DNA of 64,000 nt, taken from assembly GCF_018350175.1 (NCBI RefSeq), contig NC_058368.1, forward strand, positions 70,186,001-70,250,000, written 5' to 3'. Below are positions 11,481 through 23,990 of this stretch, one piece after another. The position numbers and the translations under genes were made by a program. The notes under the pieces were generated by a model. That model ran no database searches. It had not been told where the DNA came from and saw only the letters and a program-made list of their open reading frames with translations. Positions within the stretch are counted from its first letter, which is position 1, and each line of letters opens with the position of its first letter. This stretch comes from Felis catus. Its lineage: Eukaryota.

Positions 11481-12068
11481 GCAAAAACATATACATGGTT
11501 ATGAAATCTGTGAAGCAAAAAATACATTTATTATTAAAGTAAATGGGTAAAGAAGTTCTATAAAAAATATCACAAATAAAAAGGAGAAGAATATGAGAGA
11601 AAATACAGCAGAACCTTCATCCCCTCCCAGCTGCCCTGGACCCCCCCCCTCCCCGCCCCACCACACCAAGTGTGGATTTTGAGGGCACAGATGTGGATCA
11701 CATGCACCTTGGGTGAGTCAGGAAATACCACTGTCAACTGGGCATCTTCAGTGATGCTTATTATTGTCTGATGGTCTTTCTATGGGGTAAATTAAATGCT
11801 CTCTATGGATTGAGAGTGTCTTTGGGTAAATCCCTCAGTTTTCCACAGTCTATTGAATATGGAACACTCACAATGGAAGTGGTAATGGGGATGAGATTAT
11901 GGTTATTTTTTATTTTTCCTTTTCCCCTGAATGTTCTGTATTGTTGTTATGTTGCTTACCAGTCCAAAGTAAACAAACAAGAAAATACAGAAATAAAACA
12001 AACGTATCATCTGTCTGTTTTCTTTCCCCGACTTAGTTTAAAAACGTAAACATTAAAATAGTTCATAC

Positions 12069-12143
12069 CTGGGCATCTGGGTCCAAGTAAAAAAGCTTAA
12101 CTCTGCTTTCACTTTTCAGTTTGATTTCTGCTTCTCTGGTACT
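12069..12143 (-). CDS. DOCK9: DOCK9 exon ~10 (75 nt): STREAEIKLKSESRVKLFYLDPDAQ
   Basis: ttatcag|AGT acceptor, CAG|gtatga donor, phase 0/0. Confidence 0.96.
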
Positions 12144-12739
12144 CTGATAACAAGATAAACAAAAAATAAAAATTACGGTTAAAAAAAAAAAAACCCTCTT
12201 CTTACAGAGGTGTCCAAACATGTTTGTCCCATCCTGAAGATCAGGCTGCCAGACAACTCTCCTGTCATCCTGGAGAGTCAACTGCATGTTGAACAAGGTG
12301 AGACCATCAAAGGAGGTAGCACACCAGAATGCCACAGGGGAAAAGAAGACCTAATCCTGCCCTTATGAAACTACAGTCAACTTCAGGGTCAAAAGCAGTC
12401 AAAGAAAGCAAAAGAAAATAACTAAACATTACTTTCAAAAAAGGTTTCATAAAGTGATGGAAGAGGGGACGGGCTATGAATGCAGGAGTAGAACAGCAAA
12501 AAGTAAGAAAACATGAATATTTGGGGCTGAATGAAAAGGACACACAGCACAGACAGACGCTGAGTGGGAAATGAGCCCAGATGGTAAGGAGAATTTTGAG
12601 TCCATCTAAGATTGAGGTAGAAGCCCAGGAATAGGAGAAAGGAATAGGTCTGTAACGGTGGGCCAGAGAAACTATGGCAGATCTTGAAGGATTGCCATTG
12701 GTGTTTGTGGCAGGCAGGAGGCAGCATTGCTGGTCTAGT

Positions 12740-13500
12740 CAATAGATATTTACTGAGCACCAAGTATGTGTCAGGCACCAGGGACACACACGTGAATGAA
12801 ACAAAGCCTCTACACCCAAGGAATACTAGCGAAGACAATATAAACAGGTGGTAAGAATGGCAAAGAAAGTGTAAGGCACAGTGATCACTAACCTGGACCA
12901 GGAGGTGGCAGTCGGAAAAGAGTTCCCAGAAGAAGACCCACCTTGCATTACAAAAACATTTGGCAGAAAAGGGGAGAAGGGAGTTCTGGGAGGAGGTACT
13001 GCAGGTACAAAGGTATAGTCACACTTGAGCAATGATCAAGTCATTCATTGGGCATGATGGGAAAAGTAGAGAGAAATGAAGCTGGGATTTGTGTGCTAGG
13101 GACTGTGGATTTCCTTCAGAAGCCAAAAACACCTGGCACTATTTTAAGCAAGGGAACAAAATAACCAGTTCTGCATTTTAGAAGAACCCCTTGGGTAGGG
13201 CTGAGGAGGTGGGTTAAGGGGAAGACCCACATGGGCTCTTTATCACACCTGCCTCCCATCCCACAGCAGAGTCCATCACAGAGCCCACAGCCCCCATGTA
13301 GGTAGCCTGCTGTCCAGTGAACCCATTAATTGAGATAGGTTTGTGGAGAGGGTGATAAAGTGGAGTGTGGAGATGCCTGTGGACAGAGAGCTGGAACTTG
13401 AGCACGAGGTAGGGAGGAAGGCTGAAATTACAGACTTGGAGAACATCAGTCTAGAGGTGGGGACAGAGGAGCCTTGAGAGTAGTTGAAATTCCTGGGGGA
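12740..13500 (-). mobile_element. L2 fragment(s), degraded
   Basis: atatttactgagcaccaagtatgtgtcaggcac is the reversed L2 3' end, followed by purine-rich L2-like body. Confidence 0.6.
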
Positions 13501-15298
13501 AAATGTGAAGGGGTCTGTAAAAAGAAACCCTGGGGCCCCAACACTGAAGGGATGGCAAGAAGAGAAGCCATGGAGGGAGACAGACAAAGGGGCTGGAGAA
13601 GAGGAATTTGGGAACAGAAAGAAGTTTCTAAGACATTCACAAGGTAGAAGTGATTGCCAACCACATTATTTTTCGTGCTTGGTGCCTCTAAATCTGTATC
13701 CATTCTTATGACTCTCAATCTCCATGGTTAAGTCTATAGAGTCAGAATGGAGGGTCCTCTCTCATCTATTCTTTCCCCACAGACCGACTCACATCTCAGC
13801 ATGTGATGTGGGCAGCGACAGCCACAGTGGAAGGGGTGACTTACCATCTCTGCTGGTGGCTAAACATGGTCTATTACATTTCTAGATCACCACTAATAAG
13901 ACTGAACATCTTCCTAATATTCTCAGCCATGCGGTTGTTATAACAGGTTGGTTCTTAGCAATGACCCAAACTCTATCATAACTCTACTTAAAAACCATCT
14001 TTCTCTGGCAAAATGAAATGACCACCAGAACACTAAGAAACTGTATTCTAGTTCTAGTCCACTCGTTCACTAGTTATGTAAATGTGAGCAAGCCGCGTAG
14101 CCTCTCTGGACTCCACTTTCATTTCTGAGTAAAAATGTTGAATAAGATGATGGCTAGAGTCTCTCTGCACAACACGGTTTATCTCGCCGTTCTCTGTGGG
14201 AGCTTTAAGGCTTCTGGGGGTAAGGAACACTCCTACAAATCGTGTTATTTGAGCCGATGCCCTATGGGGGATGGGACAACTTTTTAACTCCATCTTACCT
14301 GTCACCGTTCCTATTTTTTCACATCACAAGAGCCAGAACATGTGGCATGTGGAGTATACTTAACTGTACCCAAGAGAATTTGCTTTACTTTGTGCCCAAT
14401 CCATGATGTTTCCCAACAAAAACATCAGTACCAGGTGCTGTAAGCCACCACCAACAGTAATGCATTCTACTTCTGAATTTCTGCTGGAGTCCTTCAACAA
14501 AGGCAAGTCCTGTGATCTCAGACACCACCGCAGAGCAACGGATTCTTAATGTAGATACAATCCCTGGTGCCTTTTTGAAAGACGCTTGTTGTCTCACACT
14601 GACTATGAGACAAGATGAGAAATGAACACGGCACAGAGGACTGCTAGGAGGTCTGTATAATCAGAGGACAACCAGGGATGCAGACACATTAAAAGAAAAA
14701 AAAAATCAACAACGAGCCGAAAGAGACTCAAAGCATCCTGATGTTGCCACTAATATCCAGGGGATATATTCTTCACTAGAGAAACCATTTAATGGGAAAG
14801 AAGCGACACCTTTAGATGTAAAAATAACCTAAAAGCTTACAGTCTACCTTACATACATTGACAGCTGTGATGATGCTGATTAAAAGCAAACTCAGCTCCT
14901 TCCCCCATTCCTTCCGTGGCCTACGATGCATTAAACAGAGGGGATGCCTAACAAATGGTATTTGAAGGAATTACCAAGTAAAACCTAGGCAGAAAGAAAA
15001 TGTGGCTTGGGAAGGGCAGGGCTTTGCCCTAGAGTCAGGGAATAACAAATATCTGGAAGTATCATAATGATAAAAACAAATTTTTATGGATAACAGCCAA
15101 CATTTCTATGCTCTTATCCTAAGTGCACATTTAAATCTTATACCATGATAGGAGGTGGGTCCTAGTATTTTCCTTGTTTAAAAGAGGAGACACTAAGGCA
15201 CAAGGGATTAATACTTTGCCCAAGACCTCAACACATTCAATAGAAGCCTGACTTCTAACTGAGGCTATCTGGCCTTTGACTATTAGAAAAGAAAAAAA

Positions 15299-15537
15299 GG
15301 GGGCACCTGCATGGCTTAGTTGGTTAAAAGCATCGGCCTTCAGCTCAGGTCACAATCTCACAGTCTGTGAATTCGAGCTCCCATGTCGGGCTCTGTGCTG
15401 ATAGCTCAGAGCCTGGAGCCTGCTTTGGATTGTGTGTCTCTCCCTCTCTCTGCCCCTCCCCCCACTCGCACTCTCTGTCTCTCTCTCAAAATAAAATAAA
15501 GACATAAAAAAAAGTTAAAAAAAAAAAAAGAAAGAAA
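15299..15537 (+). mobile_element. Carnivore SINE (SINEC)
   Basis: ggggcacctgcatggcttagttggttaa head, CT tract, A tail. Confidence 0.92.
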
Positions 15538-15602
15538 GAAAAGAAAAGAAAAGAAAAGAAAAGAAAAGAAAAGAAAAGAAAAGAAAAGAAAAGAAAAGAA
15601 AA
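15538..15602. repeat. (GAAAA)13 pentanucleotide microsatellite at the SINE tail
   Basis: Perfect repeat seen directly. Confidence 0.95.
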
Positions 15603-18600
15603 TAGGTAAAGAATATGAGCATGCAAGTCAGAGAGGAAGAAACCCAAATATATGATAGTAGGAAAATCTCACCACTAAGCAGCAAAACACAAATTAAAGC
15701 AGGGAAACACCATTTTCACTCCTCTGGTGAGGACACAGAGAAATGGAAATGTCAGTTGTTCCAACTTTTTGGGGAAGCAACCTGGCAATATTTAAAGCAT
15801 TAAAAACACAATAACCTCTGACCCAGAGGTCCCACTTTGGGGAACATCCTTAGAACACAAGTATTTTGTAAAGAGGTCACGTTGTGTACTGTGCACAGAT
15901 TGTAGAGACTAAAAAAAGGAAAATAACCCAAAATGTTCATGAATATGGAGATGTTAAATAAAGTGCATAATACCCATATCTGTAATACCACACAGCTATG
16001 AAAAATGAGTAAACTAGACCCTCTACAGCCCCAGAGGGACATCTACAAGATACTTTTAAGTGATGGAACAAGTTTCAGAGTCATGTATATATATCACGAA
16101 CATATTTTTTAAAAAACTGCACACGCTATATATGTGTGTATGTTTCCACGAGCAATCGGTTTGACACCAGGGGAATTACAACACGTTAGTAACACTAGTG
16201 CTCTCTGGGTGTCGGGGTGGAGGATGAAGGGGAAAGATTAACTCTATATAACTTTGGATATTTTCACTTATTATAGCAAACACACTTATTTTTACTTAAG
16301 TTTCAGTAAAGACGATAAAATAAATTCCTGTAATGAATACTTTCACAGTCTAAGGACCCACAAAACATAGCTATAAAAAAAACATTATCCCACAGCCTAT
16401 GCCACCCAGCACTTCTCAAAGTGACAGAAACCAGCCCTCCTCTTAAAATAACCTGTGGTTGGTCCATACCGTGGAGGTAGGAAGAACTGGACTGGCTTTT
16501 CCCCGGACCCTGCTGCTGCTGTCCTGCTCACAACCCGTCTAATACTTTGGGTTCAGCAGAAAGGAAAACATGAAGAAAATGGACAATGACAGAGCCGTCA
16601 TCTGTAAAAACTGGTATTTGCTTAGAAGTCAAGAGAATGATTCGTCTAAAACAAAGGCTGTTCCCCTCACTCCTGTGAGCCCTACCTTTAACCACTAAAG
16701 ACACACCCTGACAATGCTTTCTTCCTCACCTAAGATGCAATTATGGACCAAACATTCAAAGCGTTTCCAGAAGGACTGCCACAGGCTTCAAGCATACTCT
16801 GTATCTTAAGTTCATCTCTGAGCAAGCAAAACAATTAAATGCCAGAGACCGTGGCCAACAGCATCTTATTTTGAGGATGAGTTATCAGAAAAACATTGTG
16901 CTGGCTGTTGGCTTAAACAGAATAGGTTGGAACAAGAAGACTTAGCAAATTCCTTTGAGGCCAGAACATATATTTCTTAATTTAAAGAGCTGTCATGATT
17001 TGTTTCCACTACTTGCAAGGTATCTAATGCCCCGGGACCACTATCTCGTCCTCTGTGTCACAAACCAATAATAAAGCACAGAGAATAAGGAGGCCCAAGA
17101 GATGGAATGCTGGAATGCCTGCTGACCTCATAAACAAAACCCCAGCCACCTCCGTTGTATAACACAATGACATAGTTCTCTGGATTAGGATACAGGGAAG
17201 GAAGCATCTATTACAGACTTGGTTTAAAAAAGTCAGAAAAGGTATCTGTGAAACTGTTTGGGTTCCAACATATACTGCTAAGCCTGGCCGACTGACCCTT
17301 ACTCAACCTCAGTGAGACTATAAAGTTTGAGACACAGTAATTCATCTTGTGTTCAACACAAGGTTTACCTAGAAAGATTAAGTTCACTCGCTAAAAAGTT
17401 ATAAAGTAACTGAATGTGAGCAATTTTGGATTAACACGAAACAATGCTTTTCTTTCAGAACCACTTGGGGAGACAAAATTAAGGTGAGTTGCTGTTCTCT
17501 GAGTACCAAAGAAACCTACAAAAATAGAAAAGCTGTGAAGGAAAATATAGGGTGGGAGCATGAGGGTTTTCTTCATACTGTCTTTACACAAGGAGGTGAC
17601 ATATATGTACCAATGACACCTAGGATAAACATAACCAGTGAAAAACATTATTAAATGAATCATACTCGGGTTTACAACCTGATTGCCTTACCCCTTGACT
17701 TTGTAGAAGAGAAACCAATTGACGAACTTTAACTACAGTTTATGTAGTTAATAAAAATGTTTATAAGACCATGTGCTCTAATACTGTAAGTGCTGTTACA
17801 TTTACAACAAACATGTATTTGGTTCCATATTAGACAACAGGAGGAAAAGAAGAGATTTTAGGGTAGATACGGTGTGTCTTCAATAAGAAAACAACAAAGA
17901 CGTTCAGTACTAAATGTACAAGCAATCTAAGGGCCGAGAATGTACAACATATTCTGAAAACCTAGGCCCATACCACCCTTGTCATATGTCAAGGGCCCCC
18001 CTCCATTATATTCCAAAATGAGACATCAGTTATTTTTGTACCGAAACAACTTCCTGTCACTCATATCCTGTTTGTTATGTCTCAGTCACAGTGGAAGACA
18101 AAAGCCGGGGCAACAGGATGAATGCAGCAGAAAGAGGAGCTGACCAGAGAGGAGCCTGCCATTAAATCACACAGTCAGTACCTCCTGCCTGACTCCACCG
18201 CTCGCCTTTTCTCTGCAACTTATTTACCTGTGGCCTGACCTCCCGCGGGAACCTTCCTTACACCTCCATCCCTGGTATTGACTTCTTGGCCTCTTCATCC
18301 CTGATTAAACTCTTCTCTCCCAAGTGGCTATGCACACAGTCTCTTTCTCCTTCACCCTGACCCCCCACCTCTACTTCAACTGCAGATTACACAAATATGG
18401 AATCCATTCCTCTCAAGATCAAGAGGACCAGCAGTCAGTCAACTCCCTGCTTCCTTAACAGGTACAAATGGTCCCCACCCGGACACAGTGGAGAAGGTTA
18501 TAAACTAAGCTAAGACCACATTGGTGCTTGGAGCCCTGGACTGTGAAGGGCTGAGAGTCCCGCACAGTCAGGCCTGGGCTCACCCACCCTGCAACACCAC

Positions 18601-18862
18601 ACAAGCATCACAAGTGTGCCAGTAGCACGCTGACTCATGGCAATACATCTTCATTCTTCTTTTTTTTCCCTTTGAAAAATTACTTGCTGCCCTTTTTCTA
18701 TCTTCTGAAATAAAAATATTTTTAAAACACTTAGGAGCTGGGGTCGGGGGCAGAAATAACAACAGCGAAGCCCCTTATAATGCTTTCTTTTTCAGGCTTT
18801 GACCATGACCACAGTAAGAAATACGTTTATATCACAACCCAATACATATACACATACTACAT

Positions 18863-18955
18863 TGGGCTGCCTGGGTGGCTCAACTGGTAGAGCATGAGAC
18901 TCAGGGTAGTGAGTTCGAGCCACATGTTGGACACAGAGATTACTTAATAAAAAAG
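18863..18955 (+). mobile_element. Short old SINEC (tRNA-derived head plus tail)
   Basis: gcctgggtggctcaactggtagagcatg...gagttcgagcc...agagattacttaataaaaaa. Confidence 0.75.
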
Positions 18956-19522
18956 TTTTTAAATAACATCTGTCATTCTTAAGGGTAATGTATTTAATAT
19001 TCTCTATTCAGTTCTATTCCATTTATATTTTTTAAATGTCTGGGTCATATAATGTTAAGTTAAAGAAGCCTCATGTAAAGAGCGCATACTGTACGATTCC
19101 ACTGATAAGAAGGTCTGGAACAGTCACAACTAATCTACAGTGACATATAAAAACAGCAGGCATATCAGCTGGGAGGGGAGGACAGGATAGCCTGCTGGAG
19201 TGCTAGAAGCGTTCTATGTATTGATCTGCGTGGTGGTTATACAGGTGCCCAAATGTGAAATCCACTGAGCTATCCAATTAGTGTTCCATGTAAGTTCTAC
19301 TTCAATTAAATTAATTAATTAATTAATTAATTAAGCAAAGCAAAATAAAAAGAAATAGGGGGTTTAAACTAATTAATCTGATTTAACCAACCAAAACTGC
19401 TTCAACTAACCTGTTACACACAGTTTGAAAATAGCTCTAAATATCTTTGTGTGTGTGTGCGTTAACTCTCTTATATATGTTATCTCATATAACTAAACTA
19501 AGGAAAGTTTAAAAACTTTCCT

Positions 19523-19775
19523 AGGGAGAGCCTGGGTAGCTCAGTCAGTTGGGAATCCAGCTCCTGACTTCGGCTCAGGTCATGATCTCATGGTTCATGA
19601 GTTCGAGACCCGCGCTGGGCTCCACACTGACAGTGCAGAGGCTGCTTGGAATTCATTCTCTCTCTCCCTCTCCCTCTCTCTCTCTCTCCCTCCCTCTCCC
19701 TCTCCCTCTTTGCTCTTCCCCTGCTTGTGAGCTCTTGCTCTCAAAATAAATAAACTTAAAAAAATAAAGTAAATA
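19523..19775 (+). mobile_element. Carnivore SINE (SINEC)
   Basis: Full body with long CT tract; flanking aaaaa(c/t)tttccta TSD. Confidence 0.9.
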
Positions 19776-20756
19776 AAAATTTTCCTAGGTCTTAGGATTG
19801 AGAAATATTGAATTATTATGCTGGCCAACTACAGGTAGTCAGTGAGAGAAGAAAGGAGGGCACAACTCCTGAATGTCTTCACAGGGAGAAAAAAAATACA
19901 GATTTCTAATTAATCAACATTAAGCTCAAACAATATGAGTCTTCTCCTAGGTGTCCACGGTGTTCACCCAGTAAGTGTAGAAAGTTACTTTCCAAGTTCT
20001 GGATTGCATTGCATATATTATCTGCTTCAATAAATAAAATGGGTTTAAACATTCTGCTTTGAGAAATTAAGAGCCCCCCAAATATCCAGAAACAAAAAAA
20101 GTGAATCTCAATGCAAAATACGATGCATAGAAGTTCATAGCACAAAAACACATACACACAAGCCAAAAGCCGTCCCAGCTTAGTAGGCGGTTACAATGGT
20201 GACACTAAAATTAGCTTTAATAGGCAGGTGCTAAAAAGATACTGTGGTAACAGTCAAGTCTTGAAGAAAAACAATACTCTCAAGTCCTAGCCAGGGAGGG
20301 AGATTTTATATTTTAGAACAGCTATGTTGTCTTAAAGTAAAGGTCAATGATGAATGTCAGTCTATTTATAATCGTATATGGATAAACCATGTTTTCTATT
20401 ACAGTGTTTAAGATGTGGGTGTGTAGGGTCTCTATTACACTGTATTCGCAGAGAAGAAGAAAAAGGCAGTAACAGAGCAAGAATGGAAATGGCTGGAGAA
20501 GACAAAGATATTTCTCTCATTTAAAAGAGAATCATTCATAGATGCGCACAAGGAGACAAGTACAAGGATATTCATTGTAGCATTGTTTGTAATGGAAAAA
20601 AAAATTGGAAATAACAGAACAGCTAAAATAAAATGCTTACATGGTGCAATCAAAGGGATGAACTACATCTATATACCAGCTTGGACAGATCTCAAAATCA
20701 AAGTTGAATTAAGAAAGAAAAGTACAGAATAATATGTTAGCATTTATATAACATTT

Positions 20757-20975
20757 AAAAAAATTTTTTAATGTTTCTTTTAATTTCATTTTTGAGTAAG
20801 AGACAGAGCACGAGCAGGGGAGGGGCAGAAAGAGAGGGAGACACAGAATCTGAAGCAGGCTCCAGGCTCTGAGCTGTGAGCACAGCGCCTGATGCGGGGC
20901 TCGAACTCACAGACCGCGAGATCGTGACCTGAGCCGAAGTCGGGTGCTTAACTGACTGAGCCACCCAGGCGCCCC
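20757..20975 (-). mobile_element. Felid SINE (SINEC_Fc type)
   Basis: Reversed head ctgagccacccaggcgcccc ending at 20975; well-preserved body; inserted in an old L1-like remnant. Confidence 0.93.
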
Positions 20976-21784
20976 ACATTTTTAAACATATGAAAGGAAC
21001 ACAACCATGTAGATCATTATGATAGATACACTGGGAAAGATACAGAGATAAGATGGAAGTAATCACAGGAAACTCATAACAGTGTCTGTCACCGCTTGAG
21101 GCTGTGGAGGAGGAAGGGAATGGAGTAAGGATGGTGTTTAAAAAGAACTTTAACTATAGTTGATGTTTTATTTCTTTAAAAAATATGGAAGCTAAAAGGA
21201 CCACAGAGTAACAGGGTTGAATCTGGGTCATGGGAATAAGGTCAGCTGTTTTGATCTTTGTGATTTTCAGTAACTTTAAGGTTTCTCAAAATTATTAAAG
21301 ACAAGTGTAACTTTTTTTTTTTTCATTCAGAGTGACCCAGAGGCAATTTACAAAACTCAGGCAACCCCTGTTTGGTTTAGCAGTAGGACTGTCACAGACC
21401 ACCCTCTTTGGAAGTGTGTCTATTAACGTGAATAGGGAGAGCGTATGTGTGAACATAGTAGGTACCATGTTAACGTGGGAAACTTTACCTGTGAGTTTTG
21501 GTTATTTCTTCAATACTCGTACTCTGGTAGTAAACATTATGGAAGGGCAGGGACACAGAATAATAAAAAGAATAATCTGTACGGCACTTTCCAGAAAACA
21601 AGACTAAAATCTCCCCTCACATTTAGGACAGAAAATAGAGAGCAGTAACCACAATGTCTTTTTTAACGATTTACTACAATGTAATTGTTAATCATTTCAA
21701 TAGATTCCATCCTGGACAAGCTAGGAAATGAGAAATATTTCAGTATCATTCTATGAAGGGCAGAAGACTGAAGATGTTTATTAC

Positions 21785-21852
21785 CTTGGCAAGTTCAGGC
21801 AGGTAGCTATCTAAACCGGAACCAGAACCTTCCAATTTGCTTTGTTCATCAT
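21785..21852 (-). CDS. DOCK9: DOCK9 exon ~9 (68 nt): (D)DEQSKLEGSGSGLDSYLPELAK
   Basis: ttttag|AT acceptor, AAG|gtaata donor, phase 1/0. Confidence 0.95.
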
Positions 21853-22344
21853 CTAAAATGGCGAAACAGATGACCTGAGTTACTTGTAATTGAATGTATT
21901 TTATTTAAAGCAGGAGGTCAAAGGTCTCTTATATTCACCCTTGAATGCAGTGGTTTCCAACTCTAAATGCCCATTAAAAACACCTCAGAGCTTTTAAAAA
22001 AAAATACTTACACCCAGGGTTGAGAACCAAATATTTAATAATTGATACAGCATGGACACTGTCTAAAAAGAACTGATATTAGTTATGAACACCAGTCTGC
22101 ATGGCCACATCCATCAGACCCACTAAAATGCCTGCCCAGGTCCCACCCCAGGCCAACTAAATAAGAAAGAGAATTTTTTAAAAAGTTTCACAGAATTTCT
22201 AAGGTACAGCCAGGGTTGAGATTCACCGGGCGAAGAGCCTGAAACAAAACATGAATTGTCAAGAACATAGCCAGATTCTTCCCACCAATGAGGCTTCTGC
22301 CCATCTTAACTTTGTCTTAAAAAATCTAAAGGATAGGATTAATG

Positions 22345-22575
22345 ACAGTAATAACCACAGTATTTTAAGTGCTGATTTTGTGCCAGGTACTCGAGACACA
22401 TAATCTTATTTAATCTTCCCATCGACCAGCAAGTTCTGTTTTATTCTTACTTCACAGATGGGAATACCAAGGCTCAGAATATGTAAGTAAGTAGCTTGCC
22501 CAAGGTCTCACAGCTGAAAAATGATATTGCGGAGACTTGAACTCAGTCTTCTTTTCTGCCCCGAAGCTGTGGCTC
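22345..22575 (-). mobile_element. MIR
   Basis: cacagatgggaataccaaggctcagaa...cttgcccaaggtctcacagct core. Confidence 0.7.
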
Positions 22576-22758
22576 TTCCCATTTAAGGTTTCCTGATAAA
22601 AATGTTGTGAGGGTAGTAAATTCTAATGTGACGAAATCTTTGCTCACAAACTCTCTGTGAAGAGCTCACATCTGCCCCAGTGCTCACGTACCTGGCGATA
22701 CACAGGCTCCCTATGCCCTGAAGTATGCATGTCCCTGGAGAAAGCGAGGTCTGCTTAC

Positions 22759-22933
22759 CCTCATGAGAGTCTCCGTTTCGCTTTTCTTGCATTGCAGCCT
22801 CAAAGTTGAGCTGGAGAATCTTGTTGAGAGTTGTGATCCATTCTTCCATTTCGACTTCACTGTCTGCAGCCAAGAGGTAGCTACTTTTGTCCTGCATCTT
22901 GAGCTCAAAAGCAAAACGTCTAACTTTGTTGTT
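22759..22933 (-). CDS. DOCK9: DOCK9 exon ~8 (175 nt): [58 protein letters not shown](D), PH C-terminal helix
   Basis: tttcag|AAC acceptor, G|gtaagc donor, phase 0/1; [12 protein letters not shown] is the PH terminal helix signature. Confidence 0.97.
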
Positions 22934-23068
22934 CTGAAATGGAAAAGGAGTACAGAGACACATTTTAAGAGAACTGGAATGGCCTTAAAATTTTTCCTCT
23001 TTATTATTTTCTGACTGATGCTATCTCATTGGCATTTGGGGCCAAGCTATTTAAAAATGCACGCCCCT

Positions 23069-23265
23069 GGGGTACCTGGGTAGCTCAGTCGGTTGAGCGC
23101 CTGACTTTGACTCAGGTCATGATCTTGTGGTTCATGAGTTCGAGCCCCGCCATCAGGCTCTGCAGAATCAAGCCCCGTGTCAGGCTCTGCGGAGCCTGCC
23201 TAGAATACTCTCTCTCTCTGCCCCCCCGCCCCTCCCCGCTCAAAACAAATAAATAAACTTAAAAA
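23069..23265 (+). mobile_element. Carnivore SINE (SINEC) with internal duplication
   Basis: TSD aaaaatgca(c/a)g(c/t)ccct at 23053-23068 and 23266-23281; internal repeat of agccccg...tcaggctctgc. Confidence 0.9.
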
Positions 23266-23281
23266 AAAAATGCAAGTCCCT

Positions 23282-23505
23282 TCCCCACAAACCCTCATCA
23301 CTCTCTACCTTCCCTGCTTTATTTTCTCCATAATTTTATTTTCCCATCTGACACATCATGGATTTTACTTGTTGCCTGTCTCCTCAAATGGAATGAGAGC
23401 TCCTTAGGGTAGAGATTACTTTTGTTCAATGCTACATCCAGATTTCTAGAACACTGCCTGGTACACAATAAGCTCTGGGAAAAAAAATTTACTGAGTGAA
23501 TGAAA
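23282..23505 (+). mobile_element. L2 3' end
   Basis: tagaacactgcctggtacacaataagctc...actgagtgaatgaa. Confidence 0.7.
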
Positions 23506-23781
23506 TTTCACTGAAAATTTTCAACTCCTCCAGCTCCTTTTTTTCCTTTGATGAAGTAGTGCGTGGTATCCCATTTTATAAAGCAAACATTATCTCTCAG
23601 TGTGTTTGACCTCCTCATCTGGAACTTTCCCATCATTTGTGAGTCCCCAGAGCTATTTGGACACCATGTCTACAGCCTTCCCTCATGCCTCTAGTTTTTA
23701 CACCTGTCAAAGGGTGTCCAGCTCCAAGTACAAAGACAGTAGTCACATGCATTAAATGATGGAGGATGAAAGTGCCCTAGA

Positions 23782-23990
23782 TCAGGGTTTCTCAGCCTTG
23801 GCACTGCTGATGCTTAAGGCTGGTAAGTATTGTGGGAGTTGGCCTGTGCACTGCAAGATGTTTAGCAGCATCGCTGGCCTTACCCACTAGATGCAGGGAA
23901 CATAACCCCAGTTGTGAAGATTAAAACACATCTCCAGACAGTACCAAACCTCCCCTGGTGAGCACAATCGTCTCCAGGGAACAGCACTAG
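23782..23990. mobile_element. MER20-like hAT MITE
   Basis: cagggtttctcagccttggcactgctga...gatgtttagcagcatcgctggcc...cccactagatgc...ctccagaca motif. Confidence 0.82.

Noticed and set aside
18863..18955. tRNA-like sequences with A/B boxes (here and at all SINE heads)
   Set aside because: tRNA-derived SINE heads with tails and TSDs; no full cloverleaf
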